A stretch of DNA of 64,000 nt from a virus, in the IMG/VR virus record IMGVR_UViG_3300050015_000702. One strand, written 5' to 3'. Each line of letters begins with the position of its first letter. The stretch's first letter is position 1. This document shows positions 1 through 9,100 of this stretch, piece after piece. Position numbers and translations under genes: made by a program. The notes beneath the pieces are model-generated. The model ran no database searches and was not told where the DNA came from. It was given only the letters and a program-made list of their open reading frames with translations.

Positions 1-158
1 CCTACACCAAAGTTTAAGTCGCCAAGAACTTGACCCTGAGTAGTTCCTAGAATCATTCTTATCTTTGCAATAATGCTTTCAATAGGATCAGAATGCGAAT
101 AAATTCCATAAATAAAATTCGGATCTCGTGGGCTTCTAATGTAAATGTCCTGAATCAT
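1..158 (-). CDS. gp25-like baseplate wedge protein, N-terminal part (runs off window)
   Basis: Manual translation MIQDIYIRSPRDPNFIYGIYSHSDPIESIIAKIRMILGTTQGQVLGDLNFGV; the IL.T..G.V.G...FG pattern is gp25-like; late-promoter motif at 172-180. Confidence 0.7.
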   Translation of the reverse strand, partial: MIQDIYIRSPRDPNFIYGIYSHSDPIESIIAKIRMILGTTQGQVLGDLNFGV

Positions 159-171
159 TCGACTTTTATTT

Positions 172-180
172 TATATATCT
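172..180 (-). promoter_or_regulatory. putative phage late promoter (AGATATATA)
   Basis: Recurrent RATAWATA motif 14 nt upstream of ATG; divergent partner at 207-215. Confidence 0.6.
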
Positions 181-206
181 CTGTTTAAATGGAACCTCCC
201 CCAAAA

Positions 207-215
207 AGATATATA
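207..215 (+). promoter_or_regulatory. putative phage late promoter (AGATATATA)
   Basis: Same motif, 15 nt upstream of ATG 231. Confidence 0.6.
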
Positions 216-230
216 AAGAAAACCCATGGC

Positions 231-1028
231 ATGCTAGTAAACGAATCTGTGTATTCCTTCCTAAATGAAGAATTTATAGCTCAGGAAACACTCAATGAAA
301 AATTCGACATCAATACCATCAAGGATAAAGCTAAAAAAATTGCTATCCTTGCCACAATGTTTTTGATGACAGCCAGTAATAAGGGATTTAAAGACCTTCC
401 TTCAAAGAAGGAACTCATGAATAATCCAACATTTGGGGTTCTTGCTAGCCAAAGAATTCTTACACCTAAAGAAATACAGCAAAAATTTGAAAATCTTTTT
501 GATCTTTATTTTGAAGATGGTCCAAAAATAAATTATGATATTTTGCAGGATCCAATGACTTTAAAAACAAGTCCGGAAGGAATGGTTTTCATTAAAGACC
601 ATGAAAAACTTAGATTAGATGCTTATACGATTGGGGATGGGATGATTACAGTAGGATGGGGTCATGCAGAACCTCAAGAATCATCTCAATGGAAAGAAGG
701 TCAAACAATTTCTGAAGCACAAGCTGCAAAATTATTCGGAGAAGATATAAAAACTATTGAAATTGGAATTAGGGATCTATTCAGACTATGGAAGAGCAGA
801 GGATTAGATATAAAAATATCTCAGAATATGTGGGATTCTATGGTTTCCATGGCATTTAATATGGGGGTAGACGGTCTAAGGGGATCTGAAATGATTTTAT
901 CTTTACGAGATAAAGATTATTTGCAGGCTGCGGATAGCATTTTAACTGCTAATGTAGATCCTAAGTTTCCGGGATTAGAACCCAGAAGAGAAGAAGAAAG
1001 AGAATTATTTTTAAAGGGTCTTATTTAA
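231..1028 (+). CDS. GH24 phage lysozyme with N-terminal extension
   Basis: C-terminal HEKLRLDAY..G....TVGWGH...SMAFNMG...GL..RR.EE motifs; start moved to 231 behind the promoter; leader has VNE/LNE sites. Confidence 0.85.
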   Translation: MLVNESVYSFLNEEFIAQETLNEKFDINTIKDKAKKIAILATMFLMTASNKGFKDLPSKKELMNNPTFGVLASQRILTPKEIQQKFENLFDLYFEDGPKINYDILQDPMTLKTSPEGMVFIKDHEKLRLDAYTIGDGMITVGWGHAEPQESSQWKEGQTISEAQAAKLFGEDIKTIEIGIRDLFRLWKSRGLDIKISQNMWDSMVSMAFNMGVDGLRGSEMILSLRDKDYLQAADSILTANVDPKFPGLEPRREEERELFLKGLI

Positions 1029-1524
1029 TTTCCTTTTTATAATATTTCATGAGCATATTTTTGGTTTCTTTATTCTTAGCATTTGAAACAAAGACTCCAA
1101 AATTTGTAGCTCTCATAGCTCTTTTGCCATCACTATCGTGAACACTTATATTTCTTGTTGAAAATTCACCTTTTAACTCAGAAGTCCCCTGATCAAGTTT
1201 AAGTATTTCTTCTCTAAAAAGATTGGGAATTGTAAGAACTGCTTTAACTGCTTGCATATTCCCATCCTGTATAGAAATCCAAAGCAATTCGTTATTGTTA
1301 TCAGAAGCATCTATTATATCTCCATTGACCCACTTCTTTCCATTCATGCCAACAATATATGGAAATACGAAGTCTTTCTTCTTTTTTAAAGCCCATTCCC
1401 ATACTTGATAAAAGTTTTCATAATCAAACACACTATCCTCAGCTTCCATCATTGTTTTAATCTTGGGCCCAAGACCAATCCCCAGTGCTTGTTTGGGGTC
1501 CATATCCCTTTGAAAGTGATTCAT
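1021..1524 (-). CDS. FERG-module protein, ankyrin-like segment
   Basis: Starts MNHFQRDMDPKQALGIG; start at 1524 lies directly behind a TACATTTG box. Confidence 0.6.
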   Translation of the reverse strand: MNHFQRDMDPKQALGIGLGPKIKTMMEAEDSVFDYENFYQVWEWALKKKKDFVFPYIVGMNGKKWVNGDIIDASDNNNELLWISIQDGNMQAVKAVLTIPNLFREEILKLDQGTSELKGEFSTRNISVHDSDGKRAMRATNFGVFVSNAKNKETKNMLMKYYKKEIK

Positions 1525-1528
1525 ACAG

Positions 1529-1536
1529 CAAATGTA
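1529..1536 (-). promoter_or_regulatory. Bacteroidota-type -7 promoter box TAnnTTTG (TACATTTG)
   Basis: Exact match 4 nt upstream of ATG 1524. Confidence 0.6.
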
Positions 1537-1575
1537 CAAAATACTTCCCAAGTAAAAAAATGTTTTGCAAATTAT

Positions 1576-2814
1576 TTATGCTCCAGAACCTTTGGATTTG
1601 AATTCTTCATATTCGGTGGCATTAAGAGTTCCCCTGGCGACAACTCTTACTTGTTCGAGAACCCACTCAAATTGCGAATTTACCTTTTTGGCTTTTAATA
1701 AGTAAGGTTCGAATAATTTTAAAATTTTGGCTCTGCCTTCGGGGTCTTGTTTAGGTTTCGGAAGAGTATATGACTCCCCAATACCAAATTTATCCTTTCC
1801 CCATATTCTTTGAAGGGTAATAAAGTCATAATCGTTAAAAGCGTCAACATCTTCCCATCCACCTGTATTTCCGGTTATTACTCCAACAGATTTAAGAGCA
1901 TTGATTATTGTTTGATGAATTGGTCCTTCCTGAGAGAAAGCAAGATATAAATCTCCATTGTTCATCACAACTCCTCTAACCCCTTTATCAAATCCTTCTA
2001 GGGTCTTAGGATTTTTATAAATTGGAACGTTTTTAACCTTTGTAATCGGTTTACCATATTTTTGAATAAAGTATTGTTTATCAAATTCTTCGTCTGGATC
2101 AGCTATTCCAAAATGCTGGGTCATATACTTATCTGCCACCCCTTCACTAGTAAGAGAAGCCATATTCCAAGCTCTCCTTTCCTGATATTTAGGATGTGTT
2201 GAACCCCATCCCTGGGGTACTTTCTTTTTCTTTAACATTGGAGATTTGGCATGTTCTTTACCCAATTCTTCTTCTGATCTGGTTCCCCCAAATTGATAAT
2301 CTTTAATTGGTATAAGTTTAGATTGAAATTGACCCTGATGTCTCCAAGGGCCGGAAAGCATAATACCATTATCATCTGTAACAATATCCGAATTGCCCGG
2401 TATAATTTCAACTTGCCATTCTGGATCATTTATAATTCGGTAATCATCATTTGGGTAATAATACTTGAGTTCATCGCCCATTTTCTTAACCATATCAAAG
2501 AATTCTTCTTTGTCAGGATATTCCCAGAAACTCATAATTTTATGATAAAACCATAGTCGGCCCGGAAACATGCCATCTTTTCTAGATACTCCATAAGGGT
2601 GTGTAGATTTTGCAGGACCAAATTGAAATTTTCCTTCTCCGTCTATCCAAAATGGATGAGCATCTTCGCTTTCATAGTCCAATTCAAAATTATCCCCCTC
2701 AACATCTTTGCCAGCATCAGAAGGATAACCATCTGGGTCATACTTTCCATTAAGAGATAGCCAGTCTGGACTCTCAAATAATTGGTCTAGCGATTCGCAA
2801 ACTAGTTTTTTCAT
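1576..2814 (-). CDS. hypothetical protein, probable head-packaged, two-domain
   Basis: 412-aa ORF; MKKLVCES...LFES leader and internal LTSE site. Confidence 0.55.
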   Translation of the reverse strand: MKKLVCESLDQLFESPDWLSLNGKYDPDGYPSDAGKDVEGDNFELDYESEDAHPFWIDGEGKFQFGPAKSTHPYGVSRKDGMFPGRLWFYHKIMSFWEYPDKEEFFDMVKKMGDELKYYYPNDDYRIINDPEWQVEIIPGNSDIVTDDNGIMLSGPWRHQGQFQSKLIPIKDYQFGGTRSEEELGKEHAKSPMLKKKKVPQGWGSTHPKYQERRAWNMASLTSEGVADKYMTQHFGIADPDEEFDKQYFIQKYGKPITKVKNVPIYKNPKTLEGFDKGVRGVVMNNGDLYLAFSQEGPIHQTIINALKSVGVITGNTGGWEDVDAFNDYDFITLQRIWGKDKFGIGESYTLPKPKQDPEGRAKILKLFEPYLLKAKKVNSQFEWVLEQVRVVARGTLNATEYEEFKSKGSGA

Positions 2815-3776
2815 TATTCTATATCTCCCATAGCATTGTACAATGCATCATTTATAACATCTGGTTCCCAGTCTCCCATCCATGCACTACCAGAAGGCAC
2901 AGTCCATTTTATTTTTTCATCACCAGTAGCAATACAATATGATAGAAGTTTTAATCCTTTTTTAGAAATTTCTCCTACGAGAATTTCTTTCTCATTATAT
3001 TCAGGTTTTTGAGTAAAATCAAAATGTTTCATAATAGCACTTTGAAGACTTTTTAGACATGCATCTTCATCTGCTACTGACTGTGTTTCTGAAAATGCTC
3101 GCTGAACAGCTTCTTTTAAAGTTTCCAGCTCTTCATTATCATTTATCTAGTTTAATAAATCGTCTAAGCTCGTAACATTTTCTGGGGATGCCCCCATTTC
3201 TATAGCAGTTGTCTTTAAATCTTCAAGAGCTGGGACATTTCCTTTTTCTACGGTTTTGCTTAAATACCAGCCGGATTGAGTAATATCTTCATACTCTTCC
3301 ATATCTCTTTCAAAATGTTCGTAAGAATCTTCCCCGCATAAAACATCTCCTATAAATTCTAAACTAACATCTCTACTCTGCGAATCAAAAAGATCTCTGA
3401 AATCAAGCCAAGCACCAAAATGAAGATAATATTTGTCCCCTTCTACTGTATAGCCAAAATCATTACCCATAATAGGAAGGTAAGGAATCCATTCGATATT
3501 ATTTTGCTTCAAGACATAATAAAGATTTTCATCAGCCTCTGTAGCATATTTTTTAGGCATGGTAATTAGAAATTGAGCCCACTTTTTACGAGTCTCTGTA
3601 TCTAATTCTAAATTTGAATTATCCAAAATATCATAAACCCAGGATCCCGGCTGTTCACCAGAATGTTCCTCCATAAACTCATTAATGGTTGCTTCAAGGC
3701 CAATTCCAAGAGTTTCTTTACTCATAGGTCCCCGTTCAAAATTTTGAACCTCTAATATTGATTCAGGAACTAGCAT
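2814..3776 (-). pseudogene. FERG-module protein interrupted by a single in-frame TAG (3147-3149); pseudogene, readthrough or sequencing error
   Basis: ORF 3147..3776 continues past TAG as INDNEELETLKEAVQRAFSETQSVADEDACLKSLQSAI in frame into ORF 2814..3032. Confidence 0.65.
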
Positions 3777-4219
3777 ATAATCATTTCTCCAACCTGACAA
3801 AGTTTTTGTATTTGTTCTTTAGTAAATTTGGTAGTATTTCTTTTGATGAAAAAGTTTCCATCAACACGTTTTGGACAGCCTTCCAGATCCTCGATTTTAT
3901 TACCATCAACCATAAAATCCCCATGAATAAAATACGGGCATCCTTTCATAGTTTTAAGATATTGGTCTCTGATTAAAAAATCTCCAAAACATTCATTGAA
4001 CTGAATAAATTCAGGTAACTCATACATAATGTTTGAACTCTTTGGCATAATAAAATCTCTTTTAAGATCCACAGTCCAGTCTGAATTGATTGTGTAAGAT
4101 ACAGAAGGGAGATGCTGTCTTAACCATGCATCCAATTCTTTTTTCTTACCCAATTTCAAAACATCAGAGGGGTTTTGGCCCCTCTGAAATTCCAATATTC
4201 TTTCTCGAACAATATTCAT
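3770..4219 (-). CDS. FERG-module protein with LRR-like (L..LKGCP..V.G.F) repeats
   Basis: IVRE..FQRGQNPSDVLKLG leader; LKTMKGCP and LEGCPKRVDGNF repeats. Confidence 0.65.
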   Translation of the reverse strand: MNIVRERILEFQRGQNPSDVLKLGKKKELDAWLRQHLPSVSYTINSDWTVDLKRDFIMPKSSNIMYELPEFIQFNECFGDFLIRDQYLKTMKGCPYFIHGDFMVDGNKIEDLEGCPKRVDGNFFIKRNTTKFTKEQIQKLCQVGEMIIC

Positions 4220-4235
4220 TTATCTAGATTATTTT

Positions 4236-5792
4236 CTAGAAGATCTCTTTGTACTTAGCGATAAATGCGTCGATACCTTTTTTGAATTTGTCTCTTCCCT
4301 CAACTTCACCTAACTCTTCGTGAATGTATGGGTGAATTTCGATCATCATCTTTAAACCACGGGTTGCAAGTGAAGCATTATCAAGTCTGATTAGGTACTC
4401 AACATAGTTTTCAAATTCCTTGGGAGTTAGGTCTCTTCCTCTTGTTGCTGTACAAACTAATGAAATAAGAGCATTTGCTTCTGACTGATCATATCCTGAA
4501 CCAGCTTTCTTAGGCATACGTGCTTTTCCTGGGTTAGTTAAAACTTCCTGTATGTCTTCTTTCTTAAATGTTTCAAGGAGTTTTAAGAATGTTGCAAATT
4601 CAGTTGCAATATCAACACCAACATCAGAACCAACTACGCCTGTAATATCTTTAATTGTAGGTCTGTAACCTTCATCTTTCGCATCTTGCATTAAAGCTGC
4701 AATGTTCTTTGAAGCTGCTTCCCATGAACGTGGGGATGCAAAGATACTCTTTTCTGGATCATCATCAAGTGTATAGAAATATTCCTGGTTGAATTCTAGG
4801 AAGTCAAGGATACGTGGGTCAACTTTATCAATAGCCCATTCTTTCCAACCTTTGAAATCAGGTATGTAGTTAACCTGGGAGAATCTGTTACCAAGAGCGG
4901 TAGAGAAGTTCTGAACACCTTCTGGATCGTCACCGGCTCTGTTAGAAGCTGATACGATTGCCCATTTGTCTCCAAGTTGTGCATCCCCAATAATTCTTTC
5001 ATCGATAAGTTTTAAACAAGTATTCTGAACTGAACCAGATGCTCTTGAGAGCTCATCTAAGAATAAGATTCCACCTGCACCAGCATTACATATTTCATTT
5101 CTACGTTTGTTTTCTTCTGGGTCATTGCTTTTTATAAAAACAGGTAACCAAGCTTTAGGAATATCTCTTGCTTTAATTTCTTCTGCAACAACGTAAGTTG
5201 CTGGTAATGACCAGTCATCTGGAGCCATTTTAGAGGTCTGAACATCAATTAGTCTCCCCTTTGAATTAGCTGATAGAACTGCCTTAACAATAGCGGTTTT
5301 ACCAATACCAGGTGCTCCCCAAATCATAAGAGGTTTAGAGGTTGGGTTTTTGATAGCCATTCTAATTCTTCTATAAAGATCTTTCTTGTCAACATTAAGA
5401 ACGTTCTTATCGGGGTGATCTAGAGTTATTCGAGCTTCATTAAGATTTTCATTAGTTTTATTAGTCTTATTGCCCGAATCCTCCCCACCTCTTTTTGACA
5501 TAATCTGTGCTTCAGTAAGAGAACTTAGTCCTGGTTCAAGATCTTTATCGGCTTGAGAAGGAAGATAGGAAACACCTTTATATAAGGATCCTGCCTTGGT
5601 TAAAATACCAACGTTTACCGGAGCTATAGCTTCTGTAACGGGTTTACCATTAAACATAAAGAAAAAGAACTTACCAAGTTTCTGGAAGAATTTCTTTACA
5701 GCTCCTATTGCTTTGCTAAATATAGCTTCGTTTAGATCCCCTTTTTTGATTTGATAATCTTGTAGGGTTTCGCATACTAATTGTTTCTTCAT
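4236..5792 (-). CDS. MoxR-like AAA+ ATPase
   Basis: Walker A GAPGIGKT, Walker B ILFLDE, sensor I SASN, ALGNRF, SPRSW; adjacent VWA gene. Confidence 0.9.
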   Translation of the reverse strand: MKKQLVCETLQDYQIKKGDLNEAIFSKAIGAVKKFFQKLGKFFFFMFNGKPVTEAIAPVNVGILTKAGSLYKGVSYLPSQADKDLEPGLSSLTEAQIMSKRGGEDSGNKTNKTNENLNEARITLDHPDKNVLNVDKKDLYRRIRMAIKNPTSKPLMIWGAPGIGKTAIVKAVLSANSKGRLIDVQTSKMAPDDWSLPATYVVAEEIKARDIPKAWLPVFIKSNDPEENKRRNEICNAGAGGILFLDELSRASGSVQNTCLKLIDERIIGDAQLGDKWAIVSASNRAGDDPEGVQNFSTALGNRFSQVNYIPDFKGWKEWAIDKVDPRILDFLEFNQEYFYTLDDDPEKSIFASPRSWEAASKNIAALMQDAKDEGYRPTIKDITGVVGSDVGVDIATEFATFLKLLETFKKEDIQEVLTNPGKARMPKKAGSGYDQSEANALISLVCTATRGRDLTPKEFENYVEYLIRLDNASLATRGLKMMIEIHPYIHEELGEVEGRDKFKKGIDAFIAKYKEIF

Positions 5793-5816
5793 CGTTGTCG
5801 TTATTTTTTATATTTA

Positions 5817-6536
5817 TCATTTGTTTTCATCTATTGATTTCTGAATTGATGCTCTTCTTGCCGAACTTATTTCTGTTCTTGGATTATTAAGAAGTAATTC
5901 GACCATTGGAATCCAGTTTGGGGCTTTAACCCCTACTTTATTCAATTTAGATACTGCACCTATTAAAGCTTGCGATGGGTTAACTCTAGGATCTTTTAAA
6001 AGTTCTTGAACGATTGCAAGATTATTTTCCAAAGCAGCTATTTTAATAATGTAATTAGGTACCTGCGTTTCATTAAACTGATTGTCTAATACCATTTTAG
6101 AATCGGCTGGATTAACTCTTGAGTCAGCTAATAAAACTTTAACAGCTTCTAAGTGATTTTTTTCGACGGCATTAGCTAAAGCTATGTTATGATGATCAGC
6201 TGGGTTAACTCTTGGATCCGATAAAAGTATTTGAATTATTTCAGCATTTCCTTCTTTAGAAGCAATATCTAAAAAATGATTTCTTCTTGCTGATGGATCC
6301 ACAGAAGGATCAGTAACTAAAAGTTTAACAATATCAGGTCTGCCAGCTTTGATAGCAGATTCCAATATCCAGGGCTTGTCTTCCATGGTTAGTTTCTTCG
6401 AAAAAGTATTCATTGTAGATTTTTTATTGTATTCTTCAATAAAATCTCCAATCAATTTTTCTCGACCAATTCCCATGGCAGCTTTAGGATCGCCACCACG
6501 AACAAAATGAGCAATATTTTCTTCTACTAGTTTCAT
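5817..6536 (-). CDS. ankyrin-repeat protein with FERG module
   Basis: Repeats D/NP..N.AL..A...G....V..LL.DPRV; leader LVEE..HFVRGGDPKAAMGIG. Confidence 0.8.
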   Translation of the reverse strand: MKLVEENIAHFVRGGDPKAAMGIGREKLIGDFIEEYNKKSTMNTFSKKLTMEDKPWILESAIKAGRPDIVKLLVTDPSVDPSARRNHFLDIASKEGNAEIIQILLSDPRVNPADHHNIALANAVEKNHLEAVKVLLADSRVNPADSKMVLDNQFNETQVPNYIIKIAALENNLAIVQELLKDPRVNPSQALIGAVSKLNKVGVKAPNWIPMVELLLNNPRTEISSARRASIQKSIDENK

Positions 6537-7477
6537 ACTTGACCAGATCTCCTTAGTTCATCGAATCTTTTTATATCAACGGGTTTCATATAATTTATTT
6601 TATCTCTTACCCTTTGATCTCTTACTAAAACTTTGCAAACTTCGATATGATGATTTGCTACTGCTTGAGCCAAAGCCCAATTATTTCTATATGATGGATC
6701 CACTCGTTTGTCTTTCATAAGAAGTTCTACAACTAAAGGAAATCCTTCTTTTGCAGCCTGTCTTACACAATATTGACGTTCATCATTTTTATATCGTTTA
6801 CCATCTATAGTAGTATCTGCTGGGTCCACTTCAGGATGGGTTAAAAGTAATCTTACTAATTCAAGCTGGCCTCTTCTAGAAGCTTGTTGAATAGCTTCAT
6901 TTGATCTTGTGTTTGCATTTGTACATCCATTCTCTAAAGCCCATTTTTGTAGTTTTGGAGAACCATACTCTGTGGATAAAACCATGCATCTATTAACTGT
7001 GAGCTGCTCTTTTGCTTTTTCAACTAAGGTATCTTCATCCATTTGACGCAATTCTATCCAAGTGTGTTCATTAATCCAAGTCTTTGGAGCATTCCATATT
7101 TCATCCATTCTATTAAATGTGAAAAATACTCTAACCCACCCGGCAGCATTGTGTTCTAATTTATTGGGATTCATTGAGGGGACTTTGTCCATGATTTTAG
7201 TCATCAAATCATACTTGACTGAATCTTTTGGAGTATTTCCATATTCATAAATGAATTTCCTCGTATCAATGATATACATCTTGTCTTGAGTAACTTCACC
7301 CATATTTGTTGGAAACATCGAAAAATCCCCCTTCTTTACCAATGAATCATATGCTATCTCTTTCAGCAGTTCCTGAAATACTGCAATTCTTCCAACTCCA
7401 ATTTGTTCAACTGGTGTTCCCTCACGAGTAAACCCCTGAGCTTCATTAAACCCTATCAAACTTTCCCTAACGATCAT
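6533..7477 (-). CDS. ankyrin-repeat protein with FERG module
   Basis: C-terminal ankyrin repeats (NEAIQQASRRGQLELVRLLL, NWALAQAVANHHIEVCKVL); leader IVRES...FTREGTPVEQIGVG. Confidence 0.8.
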   Translation of the reverse strand: MIVRESLIGFNEAQGFTREGTPVEQIGVGRIAVFQELLKEIAYDSLVKKGDFSMFPTNMGEVTQDKMYIIDTRKFIYEYGNTPKDSVKYDLMTKIMDKVPSMNPNKLEHNAAGWVRVFFTFNRMDEIWNAPKTWINEHTWIELRQMDEDTLVEKAKEQLTVNRCMVLSTEYGSPKLQKWALENGCTNANTRSNEAIQQASRRGQLELVRLLLTHPEVDPADTTIDGKRYKNDERQYCVRQAAKEGFPLVVELLMKDKRVDPSYRNNWALAQAVANHHIEVCKVLVRDQRVRDKINYMKPVDIKRFDELRRSGQV

Positions 7478-9087
7478 TAATTTACACTAATTTGCTTACC
7501 AAATGGTTGTTTGAATTGTGGATTGTCATAGATAACCCAAATGAATTTATTCCAGAATGGTGGTTTCTTAGGCATTGGAGCGAATCCATCTGTAAAATAA
7601 ATGCAGAGGGAAACCCTATCTTTTAAGTGTTCATGAATCCAATCAAGTGGTTTTTGGAATGATGTACCACCACCGCCAGAAACATTCTTAGGAATATAAG
7701 GTTTTCCCATTCTTTTAATAGTCTGAACACTCTTATCATCAACTCCATCATCAAAGAAAGCAACGGTAATTTTGTTGATCTTTTTAGAGAAAATGATTTG
7801 ATTGATTTCATTAAGAATCTTTTCAAGAGCTTCTTTACCCATTGAACCAGATACGTCCACCATTACAACAATATTTTCGATAGCATCCATTTTATGTTTT
7901 TCCCCATAACGAAGAAATTCTTTTCCTAAATGCTTTTTGTTTCCCAATCTTTGGTAAACTTCTGGAGATAATGCTGTAGCAACATATCTTCTGAATAGAT
8001 TTTGCCAGTTTACGTCTCCCTTATGTAAACGATATAATGCTTTGATTAAAGCGCTTCCTTTTCCTTGGCCTGCTTTCCCTGAAGATTTCTCAGCACGTTC
8101 GAGCATCTTAGCACCTTCAACTCTCCATTTATCCGTAGCATTTTCATCTGGACCCGATTCATCTTCACCATAACCGGATTTTTTAGCAAGTTTTTTACCT
8201 TGATCCTCTGTCATAACCCCACCTGTACCAGCTGGATCTTCATCCTCCATCTGTTTGTAGATTTCATCTTCGCCTGATTCACCAGCTCCACCTATAGGTT
8301 TTTCTCCTGGTTTACCGGGTTTTCCTTTACCTTTTCCTGGTTTTCCTGGCTGACCATCGCCTTCTCCTTCTCCTCCTTCTCCTTCGCCTTCTCCTTCCCC
8401 GCCTTCACCTGGATCTCCTTGATCTGGAGGACCGCCTTCACCCTTACTTGACCCCTGATTACCTTTACTATTTGGATTCTGAGGTGGTTTTTGAAATTTA
8501 GGATCCTTTTTAATTTGTTCGTAAATTGTTTCAACTGGCAAATTAAGAAATTGGGGATCATAAAGTCCGCCAAGAGCTTTAAGGAATGCTTCATTGAAGT
8601 CACTTAAAGTATCTATAATGATTGCGTTAATTTCATAGTCACCAGCATAATTGAAGATCTTTGGATTTCTTCCTTTGATCCTCTGCATGTGAAGAAGTAC
8701 ACAGTGCATAATTTCATGAATGATGACAAAGATTTTTTGTTCCCATGTTAATTTATTGGCAAACATTGGGTTAACAAATAAACGGGTACCATCTGTAGCC
8801 ATCGTAGGAACAAGCCAAGTATAAATTGGAGTAAATCTATGAACATAGGGAGCAAATAGAGGGGATTGAGAAACAATAGCTGTTTTAGCACTTTCCATTT
8901 CTCTTTTCAAGTGGCCCATATCTATTTTAGTACCATCTTTGGCATAAACATAAGCATAGTCCTCAATCTTATTAGATCTTGGTGTTGCTTCACCTTGCGG
9001 TCTTATCTGCGCAAATTTGTCTTCTGCAGTTGGAGCAGGACCTGCTTCATTTAAAAAATCCTCAAATTGTGGATAAAATCTTTCCAT
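7477..9087 (-). CDS. DUF2201-type HExxH metallopeptidase-like domain + VWA domain (MoxR partner)
   Basis: TMATDG, HEIMH, G/E/K-rich linker, MIDAS DVSGS...GGGGT...FTDG. Confidence 0.85.
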   Translation of the reverse strand: MERFYPQFEDFLNEAGPAPTAEDKFAQIRPQGEATPRSNKIEDYAYVYAKDGTKIDMGHLKREMESAKTAIVSQSPLFAPYVHRFTPIYTWLVPTMATDGTRLFVNPMFANKLTWEQKIFVIIHEIMHCVLLHMQRIKGRNPKIFNYAGDYEINAIIIDTLSDFNEAFLKALGGLYDPQFLNLPVETIYEQIKKDPKFQKPPQNPNSKGNQGSSKGEGGPPDQGDPGEGGEGEGEGEGGEGEGDGQPGKPGKGKGKPGKPGEKPIGGAGESGEDEIYKQMEDEDPAGTGGVMTEDQGKKLAKKSGYGEDESGPDENATDKWRVEGAKMLERAEKSSGKAGQGKGSALIKALYRLHKGDVNWQNLFRRYVATALSPEVYQRLGNKKHLGKEFLRYGEKHKMDAIENIVVMVDVSGSMGKEALEKILNEINQIIFSKKINKITVAFFDDGVDDKSVQTIKRMGKPYIPKNVSGGGGTSFQKPLDWIHEHLKDRVSLCIYFTDGFAPMPKKPPFWNKFIWVIYDNPQFKQPFGKQISVN

Positions 9088-9100
9088 TTGTTATATTTTT

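Noticed and set aside
3147-3149. Genome-wide TAG reassignment (code 15) as in some large Bacteroidota phages
   Set aside because: Long genes are intact under code 11, and TAG ends several genes at natural boundaries (4236, 11527, 41144, 55924, 61183); only one internal TAG was seen
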